Part shown: positions 13,569-24,692 of the stretch, piece after piece
How the letters are laid out: each line of letters starts with the position of its first letter
How positions within the stretch are numbered: position 1 is the first letter of the stretch
Assembly: GCA_013239625.1 (NCBI GenBank)
Contig: MU053379.1
Location: forward strand, 814,490-878,489
DNA: 64,000 nt
Reading direction: 5' to 3'
From: Lama guanicoe
Lineage: Eukaryota
The notes under the pieces: generated by a model
Told to the model about the DNA's origin: nothing
Databases searched by the model: none
The model's input: the letters and a program-made list of their open reading frames with translations, nothing else
Program-made: the position numbers and the translations under genes

Positions 13569-14190
13569 GTACAGCCATTATGGGAAATAGTATGGTGGTT
13601 CCACAAGAGATTAAACATAGAATTACCATATGATCCAACAATCCCTCTTCTGGTATATACTCCATATACCCCAAAGAACTAAAAGCAGAATCTTGAAGAG
13701 ATACTTGTACACCCATATTCATAGCACCATAATTCGCAACAGCCGAAAGGTGGAAACAAGCCAAGTGCCCATCGATGGATGAATGGATAAACAAGATGTG
13801 ATACACACATACAAGGTGAGCTTCCTTAAAATGGCAGAACATGATACAACATGGTTGAACCTGGGGGACATTATGCTAAGTGAAAGAAGCCAGTCGCAAA
13901 AGGACAAATACTGTGTGATTCCACTTCAGGAGGTTCCCAGAGCAGTCACGTTCATAGGGACACAGAGCAGAACGGGGGCTGCCAGGAGCTGTGGGGATGT
14001 GCGGGTGAGTAGTTGCTGTTCAATGGGTTTAAGAGTTTCAGTTCTGCAAGTTGGAAAGACTTCTGCAGATGAGTCGCCCAACAGTGGGAAAACGTGTAAC
14101 ACTACTGAACTATCCACTTAAGAATGGTTAAGACAGCACATTTTATGCTATGTATTTTACCACGATTAAATACAAAATAACATAAAAAGA
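13569..14190 (+). mobile_element. Older L1 (L1MB-like) ORF2 end and 3'UTR
   Basis: Motifs gtacagccattatggga, gaattaccatatgatcca and ggacattatgctaagtgaaagaagccagtc...gacaaatactgtgtgattccact, followed by an A-rich tail. Confidence 0.85.
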
Positions 14191-14864
14191 TTTAGTGGCA
14201 TCACGCCATGCCTTGCTACTCAAAATGTGACTTGTGGGCCAGCAGCATCGACGTCTTCCAGGAACTTGTTATAAGTACAGCATCTCGGGTCCATCCCACA
14301 CCTGCTGCAATCCAACATGCATTTTTCGACTAGACCTCTCCACCAGGGGGTTGGCATGTATGTCAGCCTTTGAGAAGTGCTGATTGTGATGGACTGAGGA
14401 TCAGACCAGGGTTCAGAAGACGGAGCAGACAAGCTCATTCGCCTACCTAGCACCCGCCTCCTGTCTTCCCACATCCTAGAGAACCCAGTGTTCTCCACGC
14501 AGCCTTATGCTGGGAGGCTGACCTCATCCACACCCCAACGTGGTCCCAGTCCCCTGACCAGTGACTTGTTTAGGGCTCGGTGTGTGACCTGGTTCTGGCC
14601 AATGACACGTAGGGAAGTTCTGCTGAAGAGGTTCTGGGGACACTCAAGCAGAAATGGCCTTTGCTTCCTTTGGAAGGTCTCATGTCAGGACGATACCTGA
14701 GAAAATTCTGTAGGCACCTTGGGACCTTAGGGGCAGCTGGCCTGGTCCTTGAAAAGCAGAAGCACTGACTGACAAGACCCTGGGTCCACCTCATTGATGA
14801 ATTTCTGGTTGTGTGAGATTAGAAATGTATTTATTGTTTAAGACCATTTGAGTCAGGATTTTCT

Positions 14865-14978
14865 TTTTCTTTCTTCCATTCCTTCTTTCTTTTTCTTTTT
14901 AATGGTGCTACTGGGGATTGAACCCAGGACCTCATGCATGCTAAGCACATGCTCTACCACTGAGCTATACCCTCCCCC
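14865..14978 (-). mobile_element. Vic-1-type tRNA-Ala-derived SINE (short form)
   Basis: The reverse complement reads GGGGGAGGGTATAGCTCAGTGGTAGAGCATGTGCTTAGCATGCATGAGGTCCTGGGTTCAATCCCCAG, with A and B boxes. It has a 16-bp TSD, tgagtcaggattttct (14849-14864) / tgagtcagggttttct (14979-14994). Confidence 0.9.
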
Positions 14979-15007
14979 TGAGTCAGGGTTTTCTGTTACC
15001 TGTAGCC

Positions 15008-15216
15008 CAGGGTTCCTCAACCTTGACCCTGTTGACGTCGGGGCAGGATAACTCTTTGTTGCGGAAGAGCAGCTGTGTGCATTACAGGAGGTTAAGCAGC
15101 AACCCTGACCTTCACCCTTCAGATGCCATTAGCACGTCCCCCTCCCTCAGCTGTGTCTCCAGACACACTGCCAAATGTTTGAGGGGGGACAGTTCACCCC
15201 CAGTTAAGAACCACTG
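15008..15216. mobile_element. MER20 hAT-Charlie element
   Basis: Inverted termini cagggttcctcaacc ... agttaagaaccactg, with internal tgtctccagac...tgccaaatgt. Confidence 0.8.
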
Positions 15217-15725
15217 TTGCAGACAAAGGCATCCTCATGAATGCAAAGACCTTTTCTTCAGCGGGCCCTGAGGAGGGAGAAGATTGCTCTGACTCCCCAG
15301 AGTGTCTCAAGGATCAGAGTGAGATCAGGTGTTTGAGAAAAGCAAACACACAGGGTGTTGCTAATCATTCGCTGTCTTTGGTGCTGCTGGTGCCTGGATA
15401 ACAGTGTTGTACTTTCCATGGACTCTTAATAGTCAGAGATGTTTAACTTAACAGATGGCCAGCGCGGATAGCGAGTGGAATTTTCCCTCGGCAAAGTCGG
15501 TGACCCCGCCAGCTCTCTCCCGGGCTCTTCCTCCTGCTCAGAAACCCTGATTTCTTGCCGCCCGGCCCTGAGCTGGGCCACCATCCCGCCTCATCGTCCC
15601 ATGAGGTGATGGGCGCTGCTTTCACAGATGAAGAGGGATCAGCATATTTAATTGCTGACGAGAGAGATGGAAGCCCTCCACGTAGTAATGTACTCGCAGC
15701 TCACACGTCTGTGCTTCTGAGACCC

Positions 15726-15769
15726 GCAGAGTCAGGGGATGCCGGGCAGAGTCAGGGGATGCCGGGCAG
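15726..15769. repeat. Perfect 20-bp tandem duplication (gcagagtcaggggatgccgg, about 2.2 copies)
   Basis: Directly visible in the sequence. Confidence 0.95.
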
Positions 15770-16566
15770 CCTCTCCTGCTTTGGGTCCCCTTTCGAGAAT
15801 CAGCCGACACACAGAGACCACTTTCCTCAGGAGCCCCCAGATCTGAAAATCAGTGCCTTGGGGTCCATCACTTCTTGGAGAATTTGGTTTCGTCCAAAGT
15901 GTTCCCTGGGGGCAGGAAGTCTTACGAGGGGAGCTGGACTGTCCAGAAAGGTCTGCAGGAGAGTTGGGAGCGTGAGGACAGGCAGGGGGACCAGTGCTGT
16001 GAAAGGGAGGCGTCTGAAAGCAATGGAAGCTTCTGTCACTTATGTTGTTGACTGTTTACCATGTGCCAGGTGCCGCGCTGGGCGCTGGGGGAGAGATAGG
16101 TGACAAAGGCCACTTGGAGGCAGCTGCGACCCTCAGGGGCCTCACCCTCTCCTGGAGGGGGCGTGTGTGGTAGTTGCTGGGCTGCTCTCCTAACCTTGCC
16201 CCATATCCCGGTGTGCCACCCCCGGTGCCTGCCCCCAGGCACAGGACCACCACCCCGATTTGGGGCCCCACCCCCACCCCTGCAACCCATGTGTTTGCAG
16301 GCCACTAACTCGCTCTCTGAACCAGAGGGAAGACATACACTGGACCGTAGTTAATGTCTTCGGCCTGGCACATGACGGTTTGGACTGGAGAAGGCGTATG
16401 TTGGCAGCTTCTAGGGGGAAACAGGGGAGGGGGCATGGCTTGCAACAGTGACGCCAGGCCCTGGTGCAGGCCGGCTGTTTCCACAAAGGAGACAAGCTAA
16501 GGGTCAAGCAGATAAAGGAAGGAAGGCAGAGTCAAGAGAGGTGCAGGGAAGTCAAGCTGGAACCCT

Positions 16567-16766
16567 TTTATTTTTGAAGTATAATCAATTTACAATGTTG
16601 TGTTAATTTCCGGTGTACGGCATAGTGATTCAGTTATATATGTGTATATACATCTATATATATATATATATATATATTCCTTTTCATATTCTTTTTCATT
16701 ATAGGCTATTACAAGGTACTGAATATAGTTCCCTGTGCTGGGCAGTTGGACCTTGTTGTTTATCTA
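16567..16766 (-). mobile_element. About 200-bp 5'-truncated L1 3' end with an internal (TA)n repeat
   Basis: Sequence tttacaatgttgtgttaatttccggtgtacggcatagtgattcagtt...gaatatagttccctgtgctg. The flanks aagctggaaccct / aagctggagcctt look like a TSD. Confidence 0.85.
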
Positions 16767-17220
16767 AAGCTGGAGCCTTGATCAGACCACCTGTGACCCA
16801 CCTCTGAACTTTTTGGTGGCATGTGCTGATAAACCTCTTTCTGGGTGAGCCAGCTGGAACCGGACTTTCTGTTGCTTGCTTCATAAACTAAGGGGATGCA
16901 ACAAGGGGCAAACCTCTGTGTGGGCTGGCTGAGGGGAGACATCCGCGCAGAGGGCAGCGAGGCGGTCTTCACCCAAACCGGGAGGACGGTGCCCTCGTTT
17001 AGCGAAATGGCTGGTATTGGGGGGCTGCTTCACCCTGCGAAGCAGACCTTATATGTACGGAGACGGCCTCTGCGATCTGACAGGGAATATCGGGGTGCTG
17101 GCTACCTCTGTGTCCTCACCAAGACCCTAGGGGATGTGTTCGGGGGGAAGGTAGCCCTTTGGAGGGTGAAGAGGGATGAAAATACAGCTTTGCTAAGAGA
17201 GTCTATTTCTGTGGCCTGAG

Positions 17221-17382
17221 CTGGTTTATCCCACTGAAGTTAGAACACAGGTGACAAGTCAAGTGACTTAGCCAGAGGAAAGATTGGGGCCCCGAGAAAA
17301 CATTATCCCCAGCTTCCAGGTCTCTCCCGAGCATCTCGGCTTGAGGATGTCACGTTGATAAAGCCTTATTTGGAAGTTGCAG
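17221..17382 (+). other. BANF2: Candidate non-coding 5'UTR exon of BANF2
   Basis: Coding exon 1 begins only 3 nt before the ATG, so an upstream exon is required. This non-repetitive-looking stretch ends in a strong donor CAG|GTGAGA (17382/17383). The 5' boundary (AG at 17219-17220) is tentative. Confidence 0.45.
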
Positions 17383-18100
17383 GTGAGATACAGTGGGGTA
17401 AGGAGCAAATCTGAGGTGCCTCCCCACTGAGAGATGTAGAAAGATGCCCCTGATCTGAGGGGCAGGGCGGCAGGCCAGGCACAGAGGCCAGTTGCCAGAT
17501 CAAGGGTACAGACCTGCAAAGATTTCCAACTCGAACCCCCAGCCCGTGGACTTGAAGAGAAGAAACCCAGAACATTCTTAAGGGAGCTGAGATGCTAAAG
17601 AAAGTGGCCAACTAGGGGCCTGAGACTGCCCTGCCCAGAGCTTGTACCAAGAAGCAGCTGGTGCTAAAACAGTGGCCCTCCTTGGAAGGCATCGACCCCA
17701 AGCCCGCCCAGATGTTAACCAGGCAGTGGACCGTGGGGACCCCCCCAAAACCCAGAACTGGGCCACCATCTTGTCTGACCGAGGGACTGGCTTCACCCCC
17801 AGGGCAAGGAATCCTCCATATTTCCTCAATATTGTGTGTACTACTGACCGATGGCAGCCGAATGTGTTTCCCATCCTCTCTTCCTCCAAAAGGAGACTTC
17901 CCCTTCTGGAAACTCTTATTGCAGATGTCCTGGGTTTTCCCAGCGTGGCTGGCTACACTGATGCTAGTGAGCTTCAGAATTTAGTTCCTAGGTTACCATC
18001 CCCTGCGTAGCTACTTCCAGACACGGTGGGGAGTATGATGCAGCTCTCCCAGAAAACATGAACTTGAATCTGAATCCAGTTACTGGACGAATCATTGGGT

Positions 18101-18148
18101 TTCGCCCTTTGGGGGAGGGGTGAGTTCACCCTTTGGGGGAGGGGTGAG
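18101..18148. repeat. 24-bp tandem duplication (ttc[g/a]ccctttgggggaggggtgag, two copies)
   Basis: Directly visible, with one mismatch between the copies. Confidence 0.95.
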
Positions 18149-19109
18149 TCTATTTTAGCCAAGTGCGGGTATTTCTGATGATTATGTAATGAGATAAGAG
18201 CGGACCAATGTTGGTCTGCCAAAGGGGAGGACCACAGTGGGACATTGTGGTTACCTTTCACACCCACCTCCCCTCATCTGGATTATAACCCTGATTTTGT
18301 CCCGGTAACTGCTTGAATGACAGCTTGTGTGGATTAGGGAAAGCTAACTGGGGCTGGGCACACGGCAGACCCTCAGCTCACACTGGTGACCCATTGCACA
18401 CCTTCGAGACTCAACAAGGCCCTGCTTGGAACTTCTCAGAAACACGCTCTCTCTCCTTCTTTTGGGGTTGATTGGGGGGGGGTGTTATGAATGCTGGAGC
18501 TGCCATTTCACCACCATGAGGGGAACCAACCCAGACCGAAACCAACACAAGGAGGAAAAGGTGAAAGAATGAGAAACAAGGGTCTGTAACCCTGACTGTA
18601 TCATCGCCCTCCCCTTGCTCTTGGACTTTAGAGCTCTGGAATGTCTTCTCTGATATTTGAGCCGGTTAAAGAGTTTTCTGCTACTTGCAACCACACAACC
18701 AACTAGTATAGAGTGTGATGAAGGCTAAAATAAGAAATATGAAAAAGTGGTCGTGGTTAAGAAAGAAGGTAGGTTAACTAAGAGACACAGGCTGTTTCTT
18801 TAAGCAGTTAGAATGCTTGGAAAGTTGGAATGTTGGAAAGGAACCCAGCAGAGTTCTTACATGAAGCACACCCATCTCACGCAGATTTCTCGGACTCATC
18901 TGAGGCCATCCTACCCACGTCTTAACCCATGCAGGGACAATGGGTATGGAAAGGCCCTCAGAGCAGAGCATTACCCTTGGCATCCAAAAGTCCCCAGTCA
19001 ATGTTGGCTGGCAGCGGGAAGCCCCCCAACTGTTGGCCCCAGCCCCCTAGTAGGCCAGCACTGAGCTCCCAGATGCCCATCCACACCGTGAGCAGTGGTC
19101 GCCTCCTAA

Positions 19110-19304
<195 letters not shown>

Positions 19305-20364
19305 TAATCCTACCAGATGGTAGCCGCTGCCACATGTCCCCGCACGTGGCCATCAGAGAGCAAAGCTGCCACTTGGCAGGGCGCCACGTGCTCAGCGCTC
19401 CTGACCCACGTGCTTGGGCAGGATCCAGGGTCCGTGGATGATGGGCAAATTGAACCACTTTGACTCAGAGCAGCTGGGCTGTGCCCGATTCGCTTGGTGC
19501 TCAAACACCCAGGGGTCAACCAAAGTAAGCCTGCCGCCCAAGTCTGGGTCTGAGCTGTCAGGATGGATGATTTGGGTGCACTCCCCACCCCCATGAAGAG
19601 ACTCATGGGGTCCCACTTGTCCTGGCAATGGCAGGTGGAGTAATAGCAGCCTGGGGTCTACACCACAGAGTAAGAGGATGTGAGTTGTTCTAAGCTGTCA
19701 CTAGCAGCCCAAGAGTGGCCTCACGGACAGCCAATGGAATTAGAACATTATTTTCTATGCACTCGTCTTCATGGTGCTGTTACGAAGCTGCTTGGAACCT
19801 TAGAAGAGAAGGGGAGACGTTCCCAAAGAGAAGCAAAGGCAGGGAGTGAGTGGAAATTCACAGGCAGCGCTGCATGCTCGGTGGGGAGAAGCACCAACAG
19901 CGGAGCTGTCGCCGATCATTCCCTTCAGTTTTTAGAGTCAGCCCGCGCCGCAGGGCAGGCAGAGGCTGGGCACCGCGGCGTGCACGGCTGCCCACCAGTC
20001 TGGTTGCCATCGGCCTGGGCCCCGCTGTTTCCAGGGGCATCTGAGCTACAGGGCCGGTGGTTTTCTGATTGACACGCTGCTCTGTGCCAGTTGTTAAATA
20101 TTCTGAATATCACCCCAATCTACCACCATTTAATATCCAATAGGTGGTATTACCAGGAAGCTGGATCGAGACAGATTTGATTCTTTCCTCCCAGGTAAGG
20201 GAGCTGGGGCCACTCCCAAGCAGGAGGGAAAGCTGGTAAGGCTGATTAGGGAAGACACTTTAAATTAAAAGTTACTTATCAGAGAAAATGATGGTCCCTT
20301 TTACTTTCCTATTGTGGTGTAACATAACCACACTGATATGAAGGGTTCAGCTCAATGAATTTTT

Positions 20365-20385
20365 ACACACACACACACACACACA
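20365..20385. repeat. (CA)n microsatellite in the BANF2 intron
   Basis: About 10 AC units. Confidence 0.9.
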
Positions 20386-20569
20386 GACCCACCACCTGGA
20401 TCCGGTGATCAGACACCTCCAGAATTCCAAAAGGTTCTCTTGTGTGTCTTCCAGGCCGATGCCACCCCCCTCTCCCAGAAGTAACCACTATTTTGGCTTC
20501 TACCACCATGGATTTAATATTTCCATAATTGTGAGGTTTTATTGTTGTTCATCCATACTTATTTAAAAA

Positions 20570-20674
20570 AATTTTTTTTAATTTTTGTTTTGTTTTGGGG
20601 GAGGGTAATTAGGTTTACCTATTTATTTTAATGAAGATACTGGGAATTGATCCCAGGACCTCCTGCATGCTAAG
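20570..20674 (-). mobile_element. 5'-truncated Vic-1-type SINE
   Basis: It contains the B-box region (tgggaattgatcccaggacctcctgcatgctaag) and the family tail (gggggagggtaattaggttta). The A box is missing. Confidence 0.8.
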
Positions 20675-22544
20675 TAAATATTTTAATTTACAGGTAGTAA
20701 ATTTCACCTTTTTAACACACAGTTCTGCAAGTTTTGACAAGTGTGTGCAGTCATGTAGCCACTACCACAATCAAGACACAGAACAATCCCATTATGCCAA
20801 AATGTTCCCCACTGCCTTTCATATTTCCCATCTCAGCTGCTGGGAACTACTAATTTTTTTTCTGTCCCTATAGTTTTGCCTTTTCCAACTTAACTGTGTT
20901 TTAAATGACTATACATAGGATGATAGGCATATTAAAGATAAAGGAATGAATGACTAATGGGAAATTTTCAGGCATTCGAGAACTTGCTACACAGCATCAG
21001 GGCTCTAAGGAAAAAGGAACTGGCCAGGTCCCTGGAGATCTGCTCCTCTGTGGACCCGACCTCCTGTCTAGCTGTGACCAGCACTCCATTTCTAGGCCCT
21101 ATTCACTCTGAGAGCTACTAACTCCAGGCACTGACACTGGAGATTTTGCCTTCCTCCTCTGTGTTGAGCCCCTCACCCACCTGTGAATGAGATGAGAGTC
21201 GCTATCTCTACTTTACCAACGAGGAGAGAGACGCTCCGAGGAGTCAGAGCCCTGATGGAGGTCCTGAGTGAGGACCAGACAGCCGTGGGTTACATCGTCA
21301 CAAACCACAAAGGAAGACCAGGGCGAGATGGTTACCCCAGCAGAGAGGGTGCTTCCACCGAGATTTGGTGCTGTGACCCTGTATTGCAGCCAGGATCCTG
21401 CAGGAGACCCCGAGGTAGCACCTACAAGCTGAGCAGGTGCTTCTGGGCGAGGCCCGGTCTGCGCACAGGGCCAGCAGCAAGAGCCTCTGGGGCAGGCGGG
21501 TCCCAGATGTAGCAAATAAGACGCCAGCTCCTAGAGTGCTTTTTTTTTTACTAGCTAAATATCACTGTAGTGCTTCTAATAGACTATTTTTAAGAGCAGT
21601 TTTAGGTTCACAGCAAAATTGAGCAGAAAGGACAGAGACGTTCCACCTCCCCCCAGCCCTCATACACAGCCTCCCCCAGAGTGGTCTGTTGTTCCAGCAG
21701 AATCGACACTTGACAAGTTACCTCCCAGGCCTGTGGTTTATATGAGGCTTCACTCTCGGTGCAGCACCTTCTATGGGTTTGGACAAGTGCATAATAACAC
21801 GTGCCCACCATCGTAACATCCCGCAGAGCTGCTCCATGTCCCACCATCCTCTGAGCTCCTGGGTCCTGTGCCCTGCCTGTGGGAGGCCTGAGCCTGCATG
21901 GGGAGGGACACCTCTCCAGCCTCGGGCTGGCCTCTGCTGGGGTGTGGCAGCCCCCTCCCCAGGATGGGGGTCCCCAGGGTTTCTTGGCTGTGAGCAGAAC
22001 CCCCTCAGGTTCCATTCCTGCTGGTGACAGCTTCCTCGGCCTTGTCCCATGGGTGCTGGCCCTTTCTGCACCCTTTCTGAGGACCTGCCAGGACATAGAC
22101 CCTTGAAGCTGCCCTCAGCCCTGCTTGCCTGTGCCCCTCACTCAGCCACTCCCAAGACCCTAGGATGCTGGAGCCTGGGGAGGCCAGGACTTATCAGGGC
22201 GTCTGTCCCTCCCTCGGGCTGTGGCCCTGAATGGGGGCAGGTGTGGTGGCACCTCTCAAGTTCTCTTCTCCTCAATTCCTGCCCCGTACAGGTCAAACTT
22301 CCATTTCTTCTTCAACAGAAGGTGTCGGGGTGTTGGGAGGGGACCGCCCCCACGTCCCTCAGTACTTTCCCTGAGATCTGTACGTGCCTCAGACAGTTCT
22401 CTGGCTCAGTTTCAGCCGTGACTGTCTGAACTATTGATTCTGCTATGGACTCACCCAAGTCTCAAAAGTCAAAAATGCGGCTCTCTGGGTAATTTCATGC
22501 CTGCCCTTCCCTGGAGCCATCAGCTGCAGTCTGGTGACCTGGAC

Positions 22545-22850
22545 CTCGGCCGTCCAGTGCGGTGCCACCGGCCACTTGTACTGGTTGAGTTCACATCTGA
22601 ATCGAGGTGTGCTATAAACATAAAATACACACGGCCACATTCAGGATTCAACATCTGCCCCCAAAATTGAAAAATATCTCATTAATAGTTTTTATGGATT
22701 ACATGTTGAAATAATATTTTAGAAATATGGGAGAAAAACATTATTAGAATTCATTTCACCTGTTTCTTTCCCCCTTTTGCTGTGGTGGCTAGAAAATTGG
22801 AGACTGCATATGTGCTGGCTCACATGAGGCTTCCCCCGGTCGGCGCTGGT
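22545..22850. mobile_element. MER3/MER33-like hAT element
   Basis: Motifs tgtgctataaacataaaatacacac, aatatctcattaatagtttttatggattacatgttgaaataatatttt and gtggctagaaaatt. Confidence 0.7.
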
Positions 22851-23868
22851 CTAGATTTAAGGGCAGAAGGGCTGCCAAGGCGGAAGGAATGACCAGAAAA
22901 TGGAAACCACATCGTGCCCAGGGTGCTCAAGGTTGCCTGATGTCCTCTTGTCCCCCAGCTCCACCCCCATGCTCCACAGACTCTTCATGGACCGCAAACA
23001 CATGAGGGGACCACCCTGCGGAATCAAGGCTCCTCTCAAAGTAGACTTTTGTCCCCTTCAAGGCCACACGCACAGCCCACCCGCTCTGGGATGCAAGCCC
23101 TCCTCCTGCCCACCCGCCCCGCCTAATTACCGAGCGTTCAGTGCACCCCTTGCTGTTACATGCATCCGTTGATTTTTTTTTTCTGTGCATTACGTCAAAG
23201 GTACTGCTCCTTTTGGTGTCCTCCCATATCGTCCCTGAGGCAAAGGGTTGCCCTATGTTCTTTGCACTTCTTCTCTATGAAAACGCCGCCCAGGGGGGAG
23301 TGAAGTTCCAGGCACTCGGTAGATCAGAGTCGTGGGGCAGTGCTCGGCGGGCGAGCGCGGTGCTATGGGGGGACGAACCCTGGAGTTATCCCAACCGCGT
23401 GGGAGGAAGTTTAACATCCCCCCGAATCCGGTTTGGCTCAGTGTTCTTTGAAGACCCTGTGAAGTCACATTCATGTGCCGAAACCTTCCTCGTGAAAGGC
23501 ACTTGGAAGAAGAGAGTGGGGTCGATGTTCTGGGTGCCCACCTGCTTCCCGAGTCTCTCCCACCTAAGAGAACTAGCACACGCTGTTTGCTCCATCTCAG
23601 GCATGGTTCTAAGTGCATTACATATATCTCTTTTATTTAATCATCAAAAAACCCTGTAAGGTACACTGTTTCATCTTTTATTTTACTGAAGAGGAAACAG
23701 GCACAAAGAAAGCCTCCAGGGAACTCGCTCCAAGTCACTCAAGGTTAGAGAGATGACATTTGAATCTGGGCAGACAGGCTCTGGAATGGGCAGTAGGGCA
23801 CTGGACCGCCCTGCCTGCTGTCTCGGCCCTACAAGGGGTCAGCCACGTAAGTTTGGGGTTACCCTGTG

Positions 23869-24162
23869 TAGGGTTGCCAGATAAAACACAGGATGCCCAG
23901 TTGAGTTTGAAGTTCAGTTAAACAAATAATTTGGGGTAGGGGTAGGTATAGCTCAGGGGTAGAGTGCGTGCTTAGCATGCACAAGGTCCTGGGTTCAATC
24001 CCCAGTACCTCCATTAAAATAAATAAATAAAAACCTAACTACTCCCCTCCCCAAAAAATAAAAACACACAAAAATTTTTAATCTAAAAAGAATATCTAAT
24101 ATCTTTTTTAAAAAGAGTATCTAAAATAAATAAATAAATAATTTTTTAGTACAAGGATGTCC
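23869..24162. mobile_element. MER53 half-element, interrupted by a SINE
   Basis: Sequence tagggttgccagataaaacacaggatgcccagttgagtttgaagttcag...attttttagtacaaggatgtcc. Confidence 0.75.
23933..24130 (+). mobile_element. Vic-1-type SINE (long form) inserted into a MER53 half-element
   Basis: Sequence tatagctcaggggtagagtgcgtgcttagcatgcacaaggtcctgggttcaatccccagtacctcca, then the aaacctaactactcccctcccc tail. The flanks aaacaaataattt / aaataaataattt look like a TSD. Confidence 0.9.
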
Positions 24163-24516
24163 TAGGGAGACAGGGAGGAGAAAGATGAAGGGGCACTGGA
24201 TTGAGCATTCACCTTTCCAACAAGGAGTTTTAAACTGGAAACGACTGAGAGATGCTGGATTTGCGAGATGGTCATCGGCTCTCGGGAGGCCATGAAGGCT
24301 GAAGAGCCAGCGTCCAGTTAGAGGAGGAGAAAGAAAGATGTTCATCACACGAGGAAGCCTCATGGTGCTGTAAAGCGCGTTCACCGTGGGTGCGGAGGAG
24401 CTGGGAACTTGCAGAGGGGACGTGGCAGCTTGAGAACGAGGGGGCTGGGCTACGTATCTCTGTTTGAAAAGGCCAGGTGTCATAGTGAAGACCGAAAGTT
24501 TCAATTAACGTGAACC

Positions 24517-24692
24517 AGGACCAGCTACCTAATTTGCGGGGCCCCGTGCGAAATGAAGATGGGAGGCGCCTGGTTCAAATTCACTAAGAATTACAAGATG
24601 ATGGCAGCAGAGCCTGAAAACAAGTTGCGGGGACTCTCCGAGTGCAGGGTCTGTGTGGGGGCGGGGTCACAGCCAAGGGACCCCAACCCTGG
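24517..24692 (-). mobile_element. MER45A-like hAT element
   Basis: Sequence caggaccagctacctaatttgcggggccccgtgcgaaatgaagatg...aagaattacaagatgatggcagcagagc. Confidence 0.7.
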
